From: Escherichia phage pEC-N1203-2Af.1
DNA: 64,000 bases
Strand: one strand, 5' to 3'
Sequence record: OQ540978.1
The position numbers and the translations under genes are program-made. Positions within the stretch are counted from its first letter, which is position 1; each line of letters starts with the position of its first letter. Below are positions 48,151-58,290 of the stretch, in pieces. The notes beneath the pieces were generated by a model. That model was not told the origin of the DNA. It saw only the letters and a program-made list of their open reading frames with translations, and searched no databases.

Positions 48151-48267
48151 ATGAGACGTAAAGCATATTCTTATGACGATATGATTAACCAGAAAGGCTT
48201 CGGTCAACGACAGCCTGATGGTTCAATTATCTGGTTCGTAAATGGACAGAAAAAGGTAGCTAAATAA
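48151..48267 (+). CDS. Small hypothetical protein (38 aa)
   Basis: Untracked ORF MRRKAYSYDDMINQKGFG... Confidence 0.25.
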   Translation: MRRKAYSYDDMINQKGFGQRQPDGSIIWFVNGQKKVAK

Positions 48268-48373
48268 GCCCTCTTCTCTCCTCCTTTTAGTACTATGACG
48301 CCTCTCTGTGGGCGGCCCAATTTGCGTAGGGAATTCCCTCTACGCAGCCATAACTTTTTAAGGAATTTCCCCT

Positions 48374-48607
48374 ATGTCTAAAGTAAGCGCAATCGATGCA
48401 ATCCGTCAACCGTTCCAGTTCCAATCCAAATCAACTCAAACCTTCAGTGAGCCTAAGCAAATTCGCTTGGGTGGCACAGAGAAGACTGTATTTGATCTGG
48501 CTAAAAACAAAAGCGTTACCGTAGTTGATGGTGGCACTCTGGTTAACGTTTCCCATCGCATCCGCACTGGCAAAACTGCCAAAGATCGTGCCAAGAAAGG
48601 TGAGTGA
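48374..48607 (+). CDS. Hypothetical protein
   Basis: ORF 77 aa. Confidence 0.45.
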   Translation: MSKVSAIDAIRQPFQFQSKSTQTFSEPKQIRLGGTEKTVFDLAKNKSVTVVDGGTLVNVSHRIRTGKTAKDRAKKGE

Positions 48608-48846
48608 TGAAAATAGGGAAACCGGCTGATGGTATAATAAAGATTAGTGATATATCTATTGGGGAAGTTTTCTCAGCAGAGCACTTTTCAAGTTACTACA
48701 TGAAAATCCCTAACACTAAAGTAGAGGGTTGCATCATTCCTGCCAACGCAGTTAACCTGAACACAGGCCATCTGTCTGCATTCAAACCTGATTTACAGGT
48801 TACTGAAATCCGAGATGCCTATCTCGCCTTTGGTGGGGATAAATAG
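48604..48846 (+). CDS. Small paralogous early protein, family member 9
   Basis: ORF 80 aa; ISDISIGEVFSA...YYMKI...NLNTGHLSAF. Confidence 0.5.
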   Translation: MMKIGKPADGIIKISDISIGEVFSAEHFSSYYMKIPNTKVEGCIIPANAVNLNTGHLSAFKPDLQVTEIRDAYLAFGGDK

Positions 48847-48850
48847 AGTG

Positions 48851-49066
48851 ATGATAACACTTGTGTCAGTAGTTTACAGATTACACTATCGTCTAGATAA
48901 AGGAAAATCCTATAAATGCAAGAGTAAGACAGGGAATCGATGCTCTGTAGAAAATAACTCTGGTCAATGGGTGGATGTACCTTGTTGTTGGTTCAGGAAA
49001 GATTTGACTAGCAAAGAGATTGACGAAATTCTTAGTGATGATTTTGTAAAATCAGGTGATTTTTAG
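48851..49066 (+). CDS. Small Cys-rich hypothetical protein
   Basis: Within ORF 48815-49066; ATG 48851; CKSKTGNRCSVENNSGQWVDVPCCW. Confidence 0.35.
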   Translation: MITLVSVVYRLHYRLDKGKSYKCKSKTGNRCSVENNSGQWVDVPCCWFRKDLTSKEIDEILSDDFVKSGDF

Positions 49067-49303
49067 TTGTAGTAACGCCTATAGCCTTCCCTCCGGAGGG
49101 CTATGTGAGTTATTCTGACTCAACTAACCTAATCTTAATATATTTCCCGTATGGGGCCGATGCTAGGGCGAGGAGTGTTCCTCAAACATCCGTCGGATAG
49201 ATATTTTAAGAGCAGGTTATCCACAGATATTGGGTAATATCTTTTTGGATTTAAAGCTTGGCTCTTTTCGGAGAGTCCTTTTTTAAATTCAATGAGAGGA
49301 AAT

Positions 49304-49456
49304 ATGTCTAAATTAGATTTAAAACTGCTAGCAGCAGCGGTAGTGATTTGTGCACTAGCACTGGTAACGCAGAGAACATCTGGATTTATTCAGTGTTTCT
49401 TTTCTGGGCAATCCACTTATCAGTGGATTATTGACGAGTGTAAACAACAGGAGTAA
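49304..49456 (+). CDS. Small signal-peptide/membrane protein (50 aa)
   Basis: Untracked ORF MSKLDLKLLAAAVVICALALV... with GAGAGGA RBS. Confidence 0.3.
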   Translation: MSKLDLKLLAAAVVICALALVTQRTSGFIQCFFSGQSTYQWIIDECKQQE

Positions 49457-49458
49457 GT

Positions 49459-49821
49459 ATGAATACACGTCCCATTAAGGGCAACGTTAATATTGAAACT
49501 CTGAACAAGGTTGCATCAAATCTCGGTGGAATGTCCAACGAGGATCTTGAGCAAGAACTTGCTTGGATTGCAAATGGTATCAAAGTTGCTAAAGGTAAGA
49601 TTGCTCGTGAGCAAAGCAACATGAAAGCTCACAAGTATATCATCCGTCGTGCAAATACGTTACCAGAGCGGGTTGTACATCTTGCCCGTAAAAACTACGC
49701 AGATGCAAAGAAAGCTATGGAAGAAGCTACTTTCCAGAAGCACCAATTTATGAACAACTACAGAAACTTCCGAGATATTCTTTATATCCGTAAGTCAATT
49801 GAGTTGATTAAAAACCAATAG
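49459..49821 (+). CDS. Hypothetical protein
   Basis: ORF 120 aa, first gene of the amidoligase island. Confidence 0.45.
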   Translation: MNTRPIKGNVNIETLNKVASNLGGMSNEDLEQELAWIANGIKVAKGKIAREQSNMKAHKYIIRRANTLPERVVHLARKNYADAKKAMEEATFQKHQFMNNYRNFRDILYIRKSIELIKNQ

Positions 49822-49832
49822 AGGTTGGTATA

Positions 49833-51026
49833 ATGTTTCCAGTAACATTAGAAGATACTGAAGGTAATGTTTTAACGGTCCACCCTCCTTGTTATGGGTT
49901 CCTTCAGCTTCGCAACTATAATGGTGGCGTTGATGAAGATGATTACGAAGATGAATACTTCGACCCTAACATGTATGAGGCAACTCATGGATGGAATATG
50001 CACGTTCGAGTGTGGCATGAAGAAGCTAACGTTCGTAGTGCTGATGGGGAAGAGTTCCTGTTAAGCCGAGAGATGGATATGTGTAAAATCAAGCATATCT
50101 GGAACTCCGGAACTCACATGAAGATGTTAGGTTTTAGACGATGGCGTGATGAAAAACCTGTATCCGCAGATTTATGTTGGGGTGCAATTGATCACGAAGG
50201 CGAGCTTAAAAATAACATTGAGCACTGGAATGATAAAAACCCTGAGTATCAAACCTCACCTCGTGCTGTACTGGAAGCTATGGAAGCATTTGTGGACAAA
50301 GATCGTCCCTCCTGTTTACGCTGGCACGAAAAAGGTTTTATGGGTGTAGCAACTGAGAATGTTCCTGCTGATCGTTGTCTGTTCTATTTAATGTTAGATC
50401 GAACCTTCTATTGTGATGATGAAGAGAGTCAAGTTGAAACCTTCCTTCATAAATGGTTGGTTGAAGGCTGGACAATTCTTCAGGCTTACGTTTACTCACG
50501 AATGGTTAGCACTTACACTAACCTCTTGGGTGAAACGAAAGCTACTCTTGTTGGTAATGATTGGGATGCTTGTATCTTCCCAGCGTCGTTGTTTACGGTT
50601 GGTATGGCTGATAAATATGCTGAAGCATTTCAAGTGCCTTGGCGTCAACAGTCATACAGAGATGGATGCGGTCACTTCCGTGATGAAGACTTTAAGTGGA
50701 TTCATTACGAGAATGATGAAACAGCAGAATTACGAGTTAATAACTCGATGTTCTTGCCGGTGATGCACCCTGATTTAGTAGAGAATGAATCAGAAATCCT
50801 GAAATGTGACAACCTTCTGATTAACTTTACCCGTCGCGTATCTAAAGATGAGAGAACAGCTAATAGTCTAATCTACGGCATCCGTGCTGAGACTAAAGAT
50901 CTGTTCAACATTTATAACATTGTTCAGCGATTTAGTAGTGGAACTATGGACCAAAGTTCAGTGTATTCAGTGATTCCATCCTCTGAGTGGGATGGTATTA
51001 TGAGCGGATTATTTTTAGGAAAATAA
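49833..51026 (+). CDS. Hypothetical protein (amidoligase island, unknown function)
   Basis: ORF 397 aa; Trp/Asp/Glu-rich; no motif recognised. Confidence 0.5.
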   Translation: MFPVTLEDTEGNVLTVHPPCYGFLQLRNYNGGVDEDDYEDEYFDPNMYEATHGWNMHVRVWHEEANVRSADGEEFLLSREMDMCKIKHIWNSGTHMKMLGFRRWRDEKPVSADLCWGAIDHEGELKNNIEHWNDKNPEYQTSPRAVLEAMEAFVDKDRPSCLRWHEKGFMGVATENVPADRCLFYLMLDRTFYCDDEESQVETFLHKWLVEGWTILQAYVYSRMVSTYTNLLGETKATLVGNDWDACIFPASLFTVGMADKYAEAFQVPWRQQSYRDGCGHFRDEDFKWIHYENDETAELRVNNSMFLPVMHPDLVENESEILKCDNLLINFTRRVSKDERTANSLIYGIRAETKDLFNIYNIVQRFSSGTMDQSSVYSVIPSSEWDGIMSGLFLGK

Positions 51027-51036
51027 AAGGTTAGTT

Positions 51037-52008
51037 ATGTCAATCTCCACAACGATCGTACCTCTGAATCTTCAACAAGATTTAGGGGAACAGAAGTTCT
51101 TAGGTCGTGGGTGCTTCGGTATCCACAACTATATGCAAGGCCAGTGTGTAAATGATATTAATGGTGAAGTTATCACTGAAGAGGGGCGTTATAGACGCTT
51201 CAACCGTGATATCAACTTGCAATTGGAGATGTTGAATTACTGGACTCACTCTTTTCACGGTCATGTTCCATCTGAAATTGAAAAGAACTTGGTTGAAACA
51301 GCAGACATTATGAACTCTATGTCTTGCTATCGTGATGTATTTACAATCACTTCAGCGAATAGTGTAGCTGTCAACCTCCGTGAGCATCCAGCAGATCAGA
51401 TCTTCACAGGACTTATGCTCTTCCGTAGCATTCTGGAAGGGCAGTATCGTGGAATGGATTTCCTAGCAGAAGGAATTGAAGACAGGGAAGAGTGGCTGAA
51501 GCGTAAACGCATCGGAATCGCTCTAGTGTTAGCTGGGTTGGGTCGTGACTTCTTCGGTGGGTGGTCTCAACGAGGAAGAGCTAATGGGAGTAGCGAGAGC
51601 ACCTCTATTGTTGTTAATAACGATATGTCAGCAGCAGCATTCCTTCCTTTGGTTGTAGACTCTGATGAATACACGAAACAAGTATGGGTTCAAAACCCCT
51701 TCGGTGTTGGTGACAACGAGAATGGTTATGTTCGTAACCATAGTCAAGAAGCCTTACGAAGATTTGCTCGTGCTAAAGATCAAGACCCGGACGAGTATGA
51801 AACAATGTCAGAGTGGTTAAGACTCTGGTCCAACTGTCATGGTCACAAACGTGAAGCAATAGACAATAAGTTGGAAAACATTACAGTACAAAACTTTACA
51901 GCCCGACTAATTCAGCGTACTGGCCCAAGCTCTGGCCTTGCTATTGAAGAAGTTGGTAACACAATCTCATCTCTATTTTCTGAACTAGTGGAGTATTACA
52001 ATGACTAA
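51037..52008 (+). CDS. Hypothetical protein (amidoligase island, unknown function)
   Basis: ORF 323 aa; no motif recognised. Confidence 0.5.
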   Translation: MSISTTIVPLNLQQDLGEQKFLGRGCFGIHNYMQGQCVNDINGEVITEEGRYRRFNRDINLQLEMLNYWTHSFHGHVPSEIEKNLVETADIMNSMSCYRDVFTITSANSVAVNLREHPADQIFTGLMLFRSILEGQYRGMDFLAEGIEDREEWLKRKRIGIALVLAGLGRDFFGGWSQRGRANGSSESTSIVVNNDMSAAAFLPLVVDSDEYTKQVWVQNPFGVGDNENGYVRNHSQEALRRFARAKDQDPDEYETMSEWLRLWSNCHGHKREAIDNKLENITVQNFTARLIQRTGPSSGLAIEEVGNTISSLFSELVEYYND

Positions 52009-52807
52009 GCGCAAATTCCTTATCGGCTCTGACCCTGAAATGTTCGTTCGTACCAGCAATGGCATCATCACCTCTGTGGCTGGTCTGTTAGGTTGTTCTA
52101 AGGACGATAAGATCACTCTGGCTAAGGATGTTCGTCTTCAAGAGGACAACGTACTGGCTGAGTTTGATATCGACCCACAGAGCGGTTTTGAAGCGTTTAA
52201 CGATAACATGCAACGTGGTATCGATCTCACCAACAATGTCCTGAACAAACTGGACATGGAAACAGCTCCGGGTGTTAGCTCTCACATCTTCACTGAAGAA
52301 GAGATGAAGACTTTCAATGAATCAGCGTTCATCTTCGGATGTACTCCTGATTTCAACGCTTTCACTGGTCAGAAGAATCCATCCCCGACTTCTCAGAATA
52401 AAGGGCTTCGTACTGCCGGTGGTCACGTACATCTTGGCGTAGTTGGTGCTTTGGATATCACCCTGCAAACTCAAATGATGCTGGGTGTGCTGTGTGACTA
52501 CTTCCTGTCCCTCCCAGCAGTTATTATGGATAAAGATACTCGCCGTAAAGAACTCTACGGTAAAGCGTCTGCAATCCGTTATAAAGATTATGGTATTGAG
52601 TATCGTTCACTGTCTAACTTCTGGATTAGTGATCGTGAAAACCGTAAGTTTGTTTACGATCAGGTTGACAAAGTTGTTCAGCAGTGTGATATGTCCACTC
52701 TGATGGCATTGCACTCTCGCCTTCCGATTGAGAAGCTTCATGAAATCATTAACGGCAACAACGTTAAAGAAGCGGACCAGCAGATCAAACTCCTTCAGGT
52801 AGCATAA
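52001..52807 (+). CDS. Glutamine-synthetase-like carboxylate-amine ligase (amidoligase) paralog A
   Basis: ORF 268 aa; FLIGSDPEMFV and RTAGGHVHLGV parallel GIELELEG and RCSTHVHMDMR in 53431-54534; pattern of GCS2/YbdK-type amidoligases. Confidence 0.45.
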   Translation: MTKRKFLIGSDPEMFVRTSNGIITSVAGLLGCSKDDKITLAKDVRLQEDNVLAEFDIDPQSGFEAFNDNMQRGIDLTNNVLNKLDMETAPGVSSHIFTEEEMKTFNESAFIFGCTPDFNAFTGQKNPSPTSQNKGLRTAGGHVHLGVVGALDITLQTQMMLGVLCDYFLSLPAVIMDKDTRRKELYGKASAIRYKDYGIEYRSLSNFWISDRENRKFVYDQVDKVVQQCDMSTLMALHSRLPIEKLHEIINGNNVKEADQQIKLLQVA

Positions 52808-52816
52808 GAGGTTATC

Positions 52817-53434
52817 GTGAGCTTAGTAGCTGATTTTTCTCATTACTATAATGGTACATGGATTGCTAAACGAGCAGGTAATATCAACCTTCCGTGTTTT
52901 GTGATTGGTGTTGAGCAGAGCGGTAACTTCCGCAGCGATGACTTCTCTCACGAAGCAGAACAGGCTCTGTACTTTGTTGTAGAGCAGTGGTATAAGAACG
53001 AGCAAGGGCATCTTCGAAACACTACAATGAATATTCCAGTGTTCGACCCAACCTTGATTCTTGAATCACCTGACGTTGGTTATCTGTTCCATAATGGTAA
53101 CACTGTAAGCTGGACTCATATTAACCCTGTTCGTCAGAGAGCAAAGGGTTTAATGGGTAATAAGATTCGAAATGCTCCGGGTATTGGTCGTGCTATCTCC
53201 GGGGAGATGGTTTACAGCCTGTTCAATCCTGAATTCGAAGGATTGGTTACTCGTTATATTTACATCAACCCTACTGATGGTAAGGTGCATTATAAAGGTG
53301 CACTGGTAGGACAAGTAGATCTGGAAGCGCCTCGTGACTCTTACGGTCAGCAATCAATTCGACTTCTGGAACACTTTCATCACATTTCTGAAAACCTTAG
53401 CAATTATAATATTACGTTGGTGGATTCGTTATGA
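52817..53434 (+). CDS. Hypothetical protein (amidoligase island)
   Basis: ORF 205 aa; ATGA overlap into next gene. Confidence 0.5.
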   Translation: MSLVADFSHYYNGTWIAKRAGNINLPCFVIGVEQSGNFRSDDFSHEAEQALYFVVEQWYKNEQGHLRNTTMNIPVFDPTLILESPDVGYLFHNGNTVSWTHINPVRQRAKGLMGNKIRNAPGIGRAISGEMVYSLFNPEFEGLVTRYIYINPTDGKVHYKGALVGQVDLEAPRDSYGQQSIRLLEHFHHISENLSNYNITLVDSL

Positions 53435-54534
53435 CAACTGTAGCGCAAACTTTTGGATATCGAGAAGGTCATTTAACTGAGGCGCATAGTTCAATTGCAC
53501 TTCAGTGTGGTGTCGGTATCGAACTAGAACTCGAAGGTTCCGATCATATCGAAGCAGATATGTGGGATTGTACAGAGGATGGTTCCCTGCGTAATGGTTG
53601 TGAAATGGTATGTTCACGACCTTACAACGGACAGGAGTTGTTAGACGCTATCAACAACCTGAGTGAAGCAGTAGCTGAATCGCACGCCGAGGGGACTTGG
53701 CGTTGCTCTACTCACGTTCATATGGATATGAGGGATGCTGATAGTAATATCCTCAAGAAAACCATTCTCGCTTGGACCTTCTATGAAAAGATGTTGTTCA
53801 AGTGTTCAGGCTACCATCGTTACCGTAGCAACTTCTGCCCTGCTTTCGCAGTGGTACAAGCACAGGTAATGAATGCCTCTGACGCATTTAACTACGACGA
53901 TGAAGAGTTCTTCAACCGTCTGGTTCGTTCATGGGATAAATATACATCTCTGAACCTTCTGCCACTTGCCCAATACGGTTCGATCGAGTTCCGTATCAGT
54001 GAGCCTAAGTGGAAACGTGGTCAACTTCTCAATCTGGTTAACCGCTTCTTGATGTTGAAGAAGCTTGCATTAGATAACGCAGAGATGAGCAATGATCAGT
54101 TTATTGAGCATTTAAATACTGTACGATTTGCCCCAATGCTTCCTTACCTTCCTCTGGATTACAATCTGGACGAATCGGATTTGCATTCAGGTTATTGTAT
54201 GGCCCGTGATGTTTTGTATTGTCGTTCTCATGAAGTAGAACAGTCTGGTCGTATTCGTTTACGTCGAACCAACTCCAACGGAGAAGTTCTTGTTGACCTA
54301 CGTCATATCTCAGACTTCTACGGATTCCTTGGATATGTCCGAGGGAACGCTAACAACTTGTACCAAGAGATTCTGGTTATGCTTCGTACAACTGATCTAT
54401 CTACTGTACGATCTGCACCAGAGCAACGTATCCGTGCTATTTTTGACTTGCTACGTGAGTCAGGCCACAGTGATAACAACATCACAGGATACATTCCAGA
54501 TCATCTGGAAAATCAGTTAGAGCAAGTGCTGTAA
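53431..54534 (+). CDS. Glutamine-synthetase-like carboxylate-amine ligase (amidoligase) paralog B
   Basis: ORF 367 aa; GVGIELELEG...EDGSLRNGCEMV...STHVHMD motifs. Confidence 0.5.
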   Translation: MTTVAQTFGYREGHLTEAHSSIALQCGVGIELELEGSDHIEADMWDCTEDGSLRNGCEMVCSRPYNGQELLDAINNLSEAVAESHAEGTWRCSTHVHMDMRDADSNILKKTILAWTFYEKMLFKCSGYHRYRSNFCPAFAVVQAQVMNASDAFNYDDEEFFNRLVRSWDKYTSLNLLPLAQYGSIEFRISEPKWKRGQLLNLVNRFLMLKKLALDNAEMSNDQFIEHLNTVRFAPMLPYLPLDYNLDESDLHSGYCMARDVLYCRSHEVEQSGRIRLRRTNSNGEVLVDLRHISDFYGFLGYVRGNANNLYQEILVMLRTTDLSTVRSAPEQRIRAIFDLLRESGHSDNNITGYIPDHLENQLEQVL

Positions 54535-54613
54535 TCAATGGGTGCCTCTGACAAAGGGGCACAATTTAAAGGTTAATTAGATGAAAGGGTTTACCCTTCA
54601 GGTGGATTAGAAA

Positions 54614-56644
54614 ATTTGTGGCATCGTATTAGCTGGCGGTAATCTGTCAAGCACTGATTTAGACGTATTTAACCAACTCTTTTATGCTGGGGTATTCCGA
54701 GGTCAACATTCCTCTGGTATCTTTGGTCAGCGTAAGAGCACTAAGGAAGTCTTCACTTATAAAGAAGCCCTTCCTTCTTTCGCATTCATCCTCCAAGATG
54801 AGTACAAGAAGCACACCACTGGTGAAACAGCTTACACTGTAGCGCCTTCATGGATTGTTGGTCACAGCCGTCATGCAACGAAAGGTGCAGTTAACGCCAA
54901 GAACGCCCATCCTTTCCAACATGGTAACATCACTCTGGTTCATAACGGAACCTTGATGGACCAAGATCTGTTACCTGACAGTAAAAACTTCGAGGTAGAC
55001 AGTGAGAACATCTGCCACTCTATTAACACTATTGGTGCAGCAGAGACTATACAAAAGCTGGATGGCGCTTTCACCTTAATCTGGCATGATGCTTCTGATA
55101 ACCGTCTTCATATCATCCGTAATGAAGAGCGTCCTTTCCATCTCGCACGTTGTAACAGAGATTGGTTTGGTGCTTCTGAAGAAGATATGTTGATGTGGAT
55201 TCTGAAGCGTTCTAAGTCTCACAAGAACCGTATTGACGAGCACTTTGAATGTAAAGTTGGTACAGAATATATCTTTGATATGTCAAACAACAGCATGACT
55301 CTGGTTGAAGAGGTCGCCCACGAGCTTCCGGTTTTTACGGTAATCAATCGTTGGGGCAATTACTACTCGAACAACTACAGCCAAAGCAACTATCAAAGTT
55401 CCTCAAAAAGCAGTACAAGCAATCCTTACGACACGAAGCCGGGAGTGACAGCGGCAGACGTTCGTCGAAGAAACGCAGTGGTAAGTCAAAACAAAATCGC
55501 AAGCGATCGAAACATTGATATTCGCCGCGATATGACTGTGGAAATCACACCACATGAGTTTGTTCCTTATGCAACTGCTGGTGCTGTTCCTTCTCGTGGT
55601 AAGATGATTGGTTATATCTACGATGAGAAATCTCAAGAGTATATCGAAGGTGATGTTCATAACGTAGATATTAAGGCTTATCAGGATGCCCTGAAAGACC
55701 CTAAAATCGTTTACCGTGGGACAGTATCCTGCATCTCCGAAGTTAATGCTATGGTTCGTTTAGTGATCACAGCAGGTCGTTTTGTTGACCCATCTCTGGA
55801 GAAAAAGGAGCCTGAGTCTACTACTGCTGACTTTGATGATGATATCCCTTTTGACATGAATGATAGTTTCGTCAATAAGAATGGCGTTACTATCACTCGT
55901 AAATTCTGGGAAGCACACTCTCATGGTGATTGTGGTGGTTGTGACAAACACATTGATTGGAAGGATGCACCTAAAGCAGTCTTCGCATATCAGTGCTACT
56001 GGCACCCTGAATGTCTGGAAGGTTTGACTAAACCTAAAGATGAAGAAGAGGAGGAAACTCCTATTGGTGTTTGTGAAATCTGTGGTGAAGTTAAAACGGA
56101 GAATGAGTTCGATGAAGAGCTTAGTCGTCTTCGTGGTGAAGATATCTGTAAAGTCTGCGCTGTAGATGTAAAGAAGAAAGTATCTAATGCTACAATCAAA
56201 GATGGTTATGTCTGGATTAAAGCAACAGATACAACAAACGCCCGTCGTCCTGAATTTGCTTTACGTGTAACTGAAGATATGATCGGTCGTATGACTGTAT
56301 TACCTTCCTCAGCGAAACAGACAGGCATCACTCTGGAGGATGTTGTTGATGCTTATGTTGAGAAACGTAGCAACAGTATTTTTGCAATCTCAACTAAGCC
56401 AAAAAAGGAGGAACCTGCTGAGAAAGCAGGTGTGTTTCCTGAATCACGAACAGCTCTCCGCAAAACTGTTGTCAGCTTCGACGGAAACCGAAGCACTGAC
56501 TTCACCAAAGCCATGTGGTCAACCCTCGGATACTGCTCAGAGTGTTTTAAGCAGATTCCGTGGCGCGATGCTGAAAGTTGTACGCTTGGTTCTATGAATC
56601 AAGTTTATTGTAATTCTCCTAAATGTTCATTGAATAGAGGTTAA
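54614..56644 (+). CDS. Class-II (Ntn) glutamine amidotransferase domain protein with C-terminal zinc ribbons; non-canonical ATT start proposed
   Basis: Frame open from 54611; CGIVLAGG...SRHATKGAVNAKNAHPF...HNGTL is the GATase-2 N-terminus with nucleophile Cys directly after a candidate ATT start (SD GGTGGA 9 nt upstream); tracked ORF 54953-56644 is internal; C-terminal CxxC pairs. Confidence 0.55.
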   Translation: MCGIVLAGGNLSSTDLDVFNQLFYAGVFRGQHSSGIFGQRKSTKEVFTYKEALPSFAFILQDEYKKHTTGETAYTVAPSWIVGHSRHATKGAVNAKNAHPFQHGNITLVHNGTLMDQDLLPDSKNFEVDSENICHSINTIGAAETIQKLDGAFTLIWHDASDNRLHIIRNEERPFHLARCNRDWFGASEEDMLMWILKRSKSHKNRIDEHFECKVGTEYIFDMSNNSMTLVEEVAHELPVFTVINRWGNYYSNNYSQSNYQSSSKSSTSNPYDTKPGVTAADVRRRNAVVSQNKIASDRNIDIRRDMTVEITPHEFVPYATAGAVPSRGKMIGYIYDEKSQEYIEGDVHNVDIKAYQDALKDPKIVYRGTVSCISEVNAMVRLVITAGRFVDPSLEKKEPESTTADFDDDIPFDMNDSFVNKNGVTITRKFWEAHSHGDCGGCDKHIDWKDAPKAVFAYQCYWHPECLEGLTKPKDEEEEETPIGVCEICGEVKTENEFDEELSRLRGEDICKVCAVDVKKKVSNATIKDGYVWIKATDTTNARRPEFALRVTEDMIGRMTVLPSSAKQTGITLEDVVDAYVEKRSNSIFAISTKPKKEEPAEKAGVFPESRTALRKTVVSFDGNRSTDFTKAMWSTLGYCSECFKQIPWRDAESCTLGSMNQVYCNSPKCSLNRG

Positions 56645-56646
56645 GT

Positions 56647-56880
56647 ATGGAAATTCGTAAGATGATGCTGGATAACGTTGTAACTACTCGACGTATCCCG
56701 ATGACGAGCACAGGATGTGACAACCTTCGTGCAATCCAGAAGTGGATGCAAGCTGGTATTGGTCAAGTACTTGAGACACAGGTTGAGGTTCCTTTCCCAA
56801 CGGTGATCAATAACGTACTTGCTGATTATGTAAAAATCAAAGGCATTAAGGTAGAACCTCATGTCAAATCTGGTTCCTAA
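56647..56880 (+). CDS. Small hypothetical protein
   Basis: ORF 77 aa. Confidence 0.4.
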   Translation: MEIRKMMLDNVVTTRRIPMTSTGCDNLRAIQKWMQAGIGQVLETQVEVPFPTVINNVLADYVKIKGIKVEPHVKSGS

Positions 56881-57085
56881 GAAACCGAAGATCACTCTCC
56901 TACAGTATTACATAGGAGTTCATATCGAATTAGTAACGGAGCAGCGAAAGCTGTATCCGTTCGCTTTCGGTCTAATTGATGCACCATCCGATGAAGTAGA
57001 GAACGACGCGTTCAACGACTACTTCGAAATTGAAGCTCAGATTCAAAAAACTCGTAACGAAATTCTTAAACTTAAAGGTATCTAA
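56861..57085 (+). CDS. Small hypothetical protein
   Basis: ORF 74 aa. Confidence 0.4.
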   Translation: MSNLVPKKPKITLLQYYIGVHIELVTEQRKLYPFAFGLIDAPSDEVENDAFNDYFEIEAQIQKTRNEILKLKGI

Positions 57086-57087
57086 CA

Positions 57088-58284
57088 ATGACTACTCGTA
57101 TCCGTGTTCTTCCTTATGGCCCTTCTGATTCAGTTCGTGAACTTACTTCTGCAATTAACACTAAGATTCAGGAACTTCGCTTAAATGCTAACGTAATGTC
57201 TCTGGTATCAGAGGGTTCTCGTTATCGTTCTCGTGCTGGTGATATTGTTGTAAACTATGGCAACCGTCGTTATGATGCTTCTTTCTTTGGTGGTGCAACT
57301 GTACTGAATACCGTTGAAGCTCTGAACCGAGCAGCTAATAAAGTTGCAGCATTTAACGCACTGCGTTTAGCTGAAGTCAAAACTGTTGAATACACCATCG
57401 ATCGTGAAGTAGCTCAGAACTGGAACCGGAATGAAATTGTTTATGAACGTGGAACCTTAACTGGTCACTCTGGAGAAGGTATTACTGTTCGTCTTACGAG
57501 AGAAGGTGTTGCGGAAGCTCCTCTGTATACCAAAGGAATCCAAGGCCCACGTCGTGAATGGCGTGTTCATGTGTTTGAGGGTGTTATCACTTACGTTCAG
57601 AAGAAGATTCGTCGTAATGGTTATCGTGAACTGGAAAGTTATCGTGAAGATATTCGTAACCATCACACTGGTTGGGTTTATTCTAACTCCTTCACTGAAG
57701 CGCCTCCTGATCAAGTTCTTATTCAAGCTCACAAAGCTGTATCTGCTCTGGGTTTGAACTTCGGTGCTGTTGACCTGATTAGCAAAGGTACTAACGCATG
57801 GGTTCTGGAAGTTAATACAGCTCCGGGCCTGACTGGCACAACTCTGGAAACCTACACTCACAACATCGTTGAGTTTGTTAAGAGCTTCTCTGGTGTTGAG
57901 CCTGACTACCGTGTTGCTTACGAACTGCCTGTTGAAGAAGTGGAAGAAGAATTTGCTGAATCGGCAGATGATGAGAACTTTGCATTGGCAGCTGAGCCAG
58001 TTGCTGAAGAGTCTTCGGAACCTGTTCCTGAAACAATGCAAGTTGAAGAGCAAGGGTTAGAGATCAACCCTGTAACCCGTCGTACTTTACGTCGTGGCTA
58101 TTATATCGCTAACATCAAGCACCCTGAGAACGGTTCAACTGTAGCAAGTAACGTAATCGTTTTCTTCTGTGGTCGTAATTTCTACCGCTCTGGCTGGAAC
58201 GCACCGATTAGCGATCATCAGCTTGGTCGTGTGTTACAGATTAATAGCCTTACCCTGAATGATGGTACTGTTGTAAACTACTAA
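57088..58284 (+). CDS. ATP-grasp family ligase (RimK/glutathione-synthetase-like)
   Basis: ORF 398 aa; central region with ATP-grasp pattern (...GAVDLISKGTNAWVLEVNTAPGL...); acidic linker then C-terminal domain. Confidence 0.6.
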   Translation: MTTRIRVLPYGPSDSVRELTSAINTKIQELRLNANVMSLVSEGSRYRSRAGDIVVNYGNRRYDASFFGGATVLNTVEALNRAANKVAAFNALRLAEVKTVEYTIDREVAQNWNRNEIVYERGTLTGHSGEGITVRLTREGVAEAPLYTKGIQGPRREWRVHVFEGVITYVQKKIRRNGYRELESYREDIRNHHTGWVYSNSFTEAPPDQVLIQAHKAVSALGLNFGAVDLISKGTNAWVLEVNTAPGLTGTTLETYTHNIVEFVKSFSGVEPDYRVAYELPVEEVEEEFAESADDENFALAAEPVAEESSEPVPETMQVEEQGLEINPVTRRTLRRGYYIANIKHPENGSTVASNVIVFFCGRNFYRSGWNAPISDHQLGRVLQINSLTLNDGTVVNY

Positions 58285-58290
58285 GGATAT

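Noticed and set aside
57457-58053. Minus-strand ORF 57457-58053 (198 aa) and plus-strand alternative-frame ORFs inside the ATP-grasp gene
   Set aside because: Antisense or out-of-frame to a gene with clear ATP-grasp motifs; no start context.
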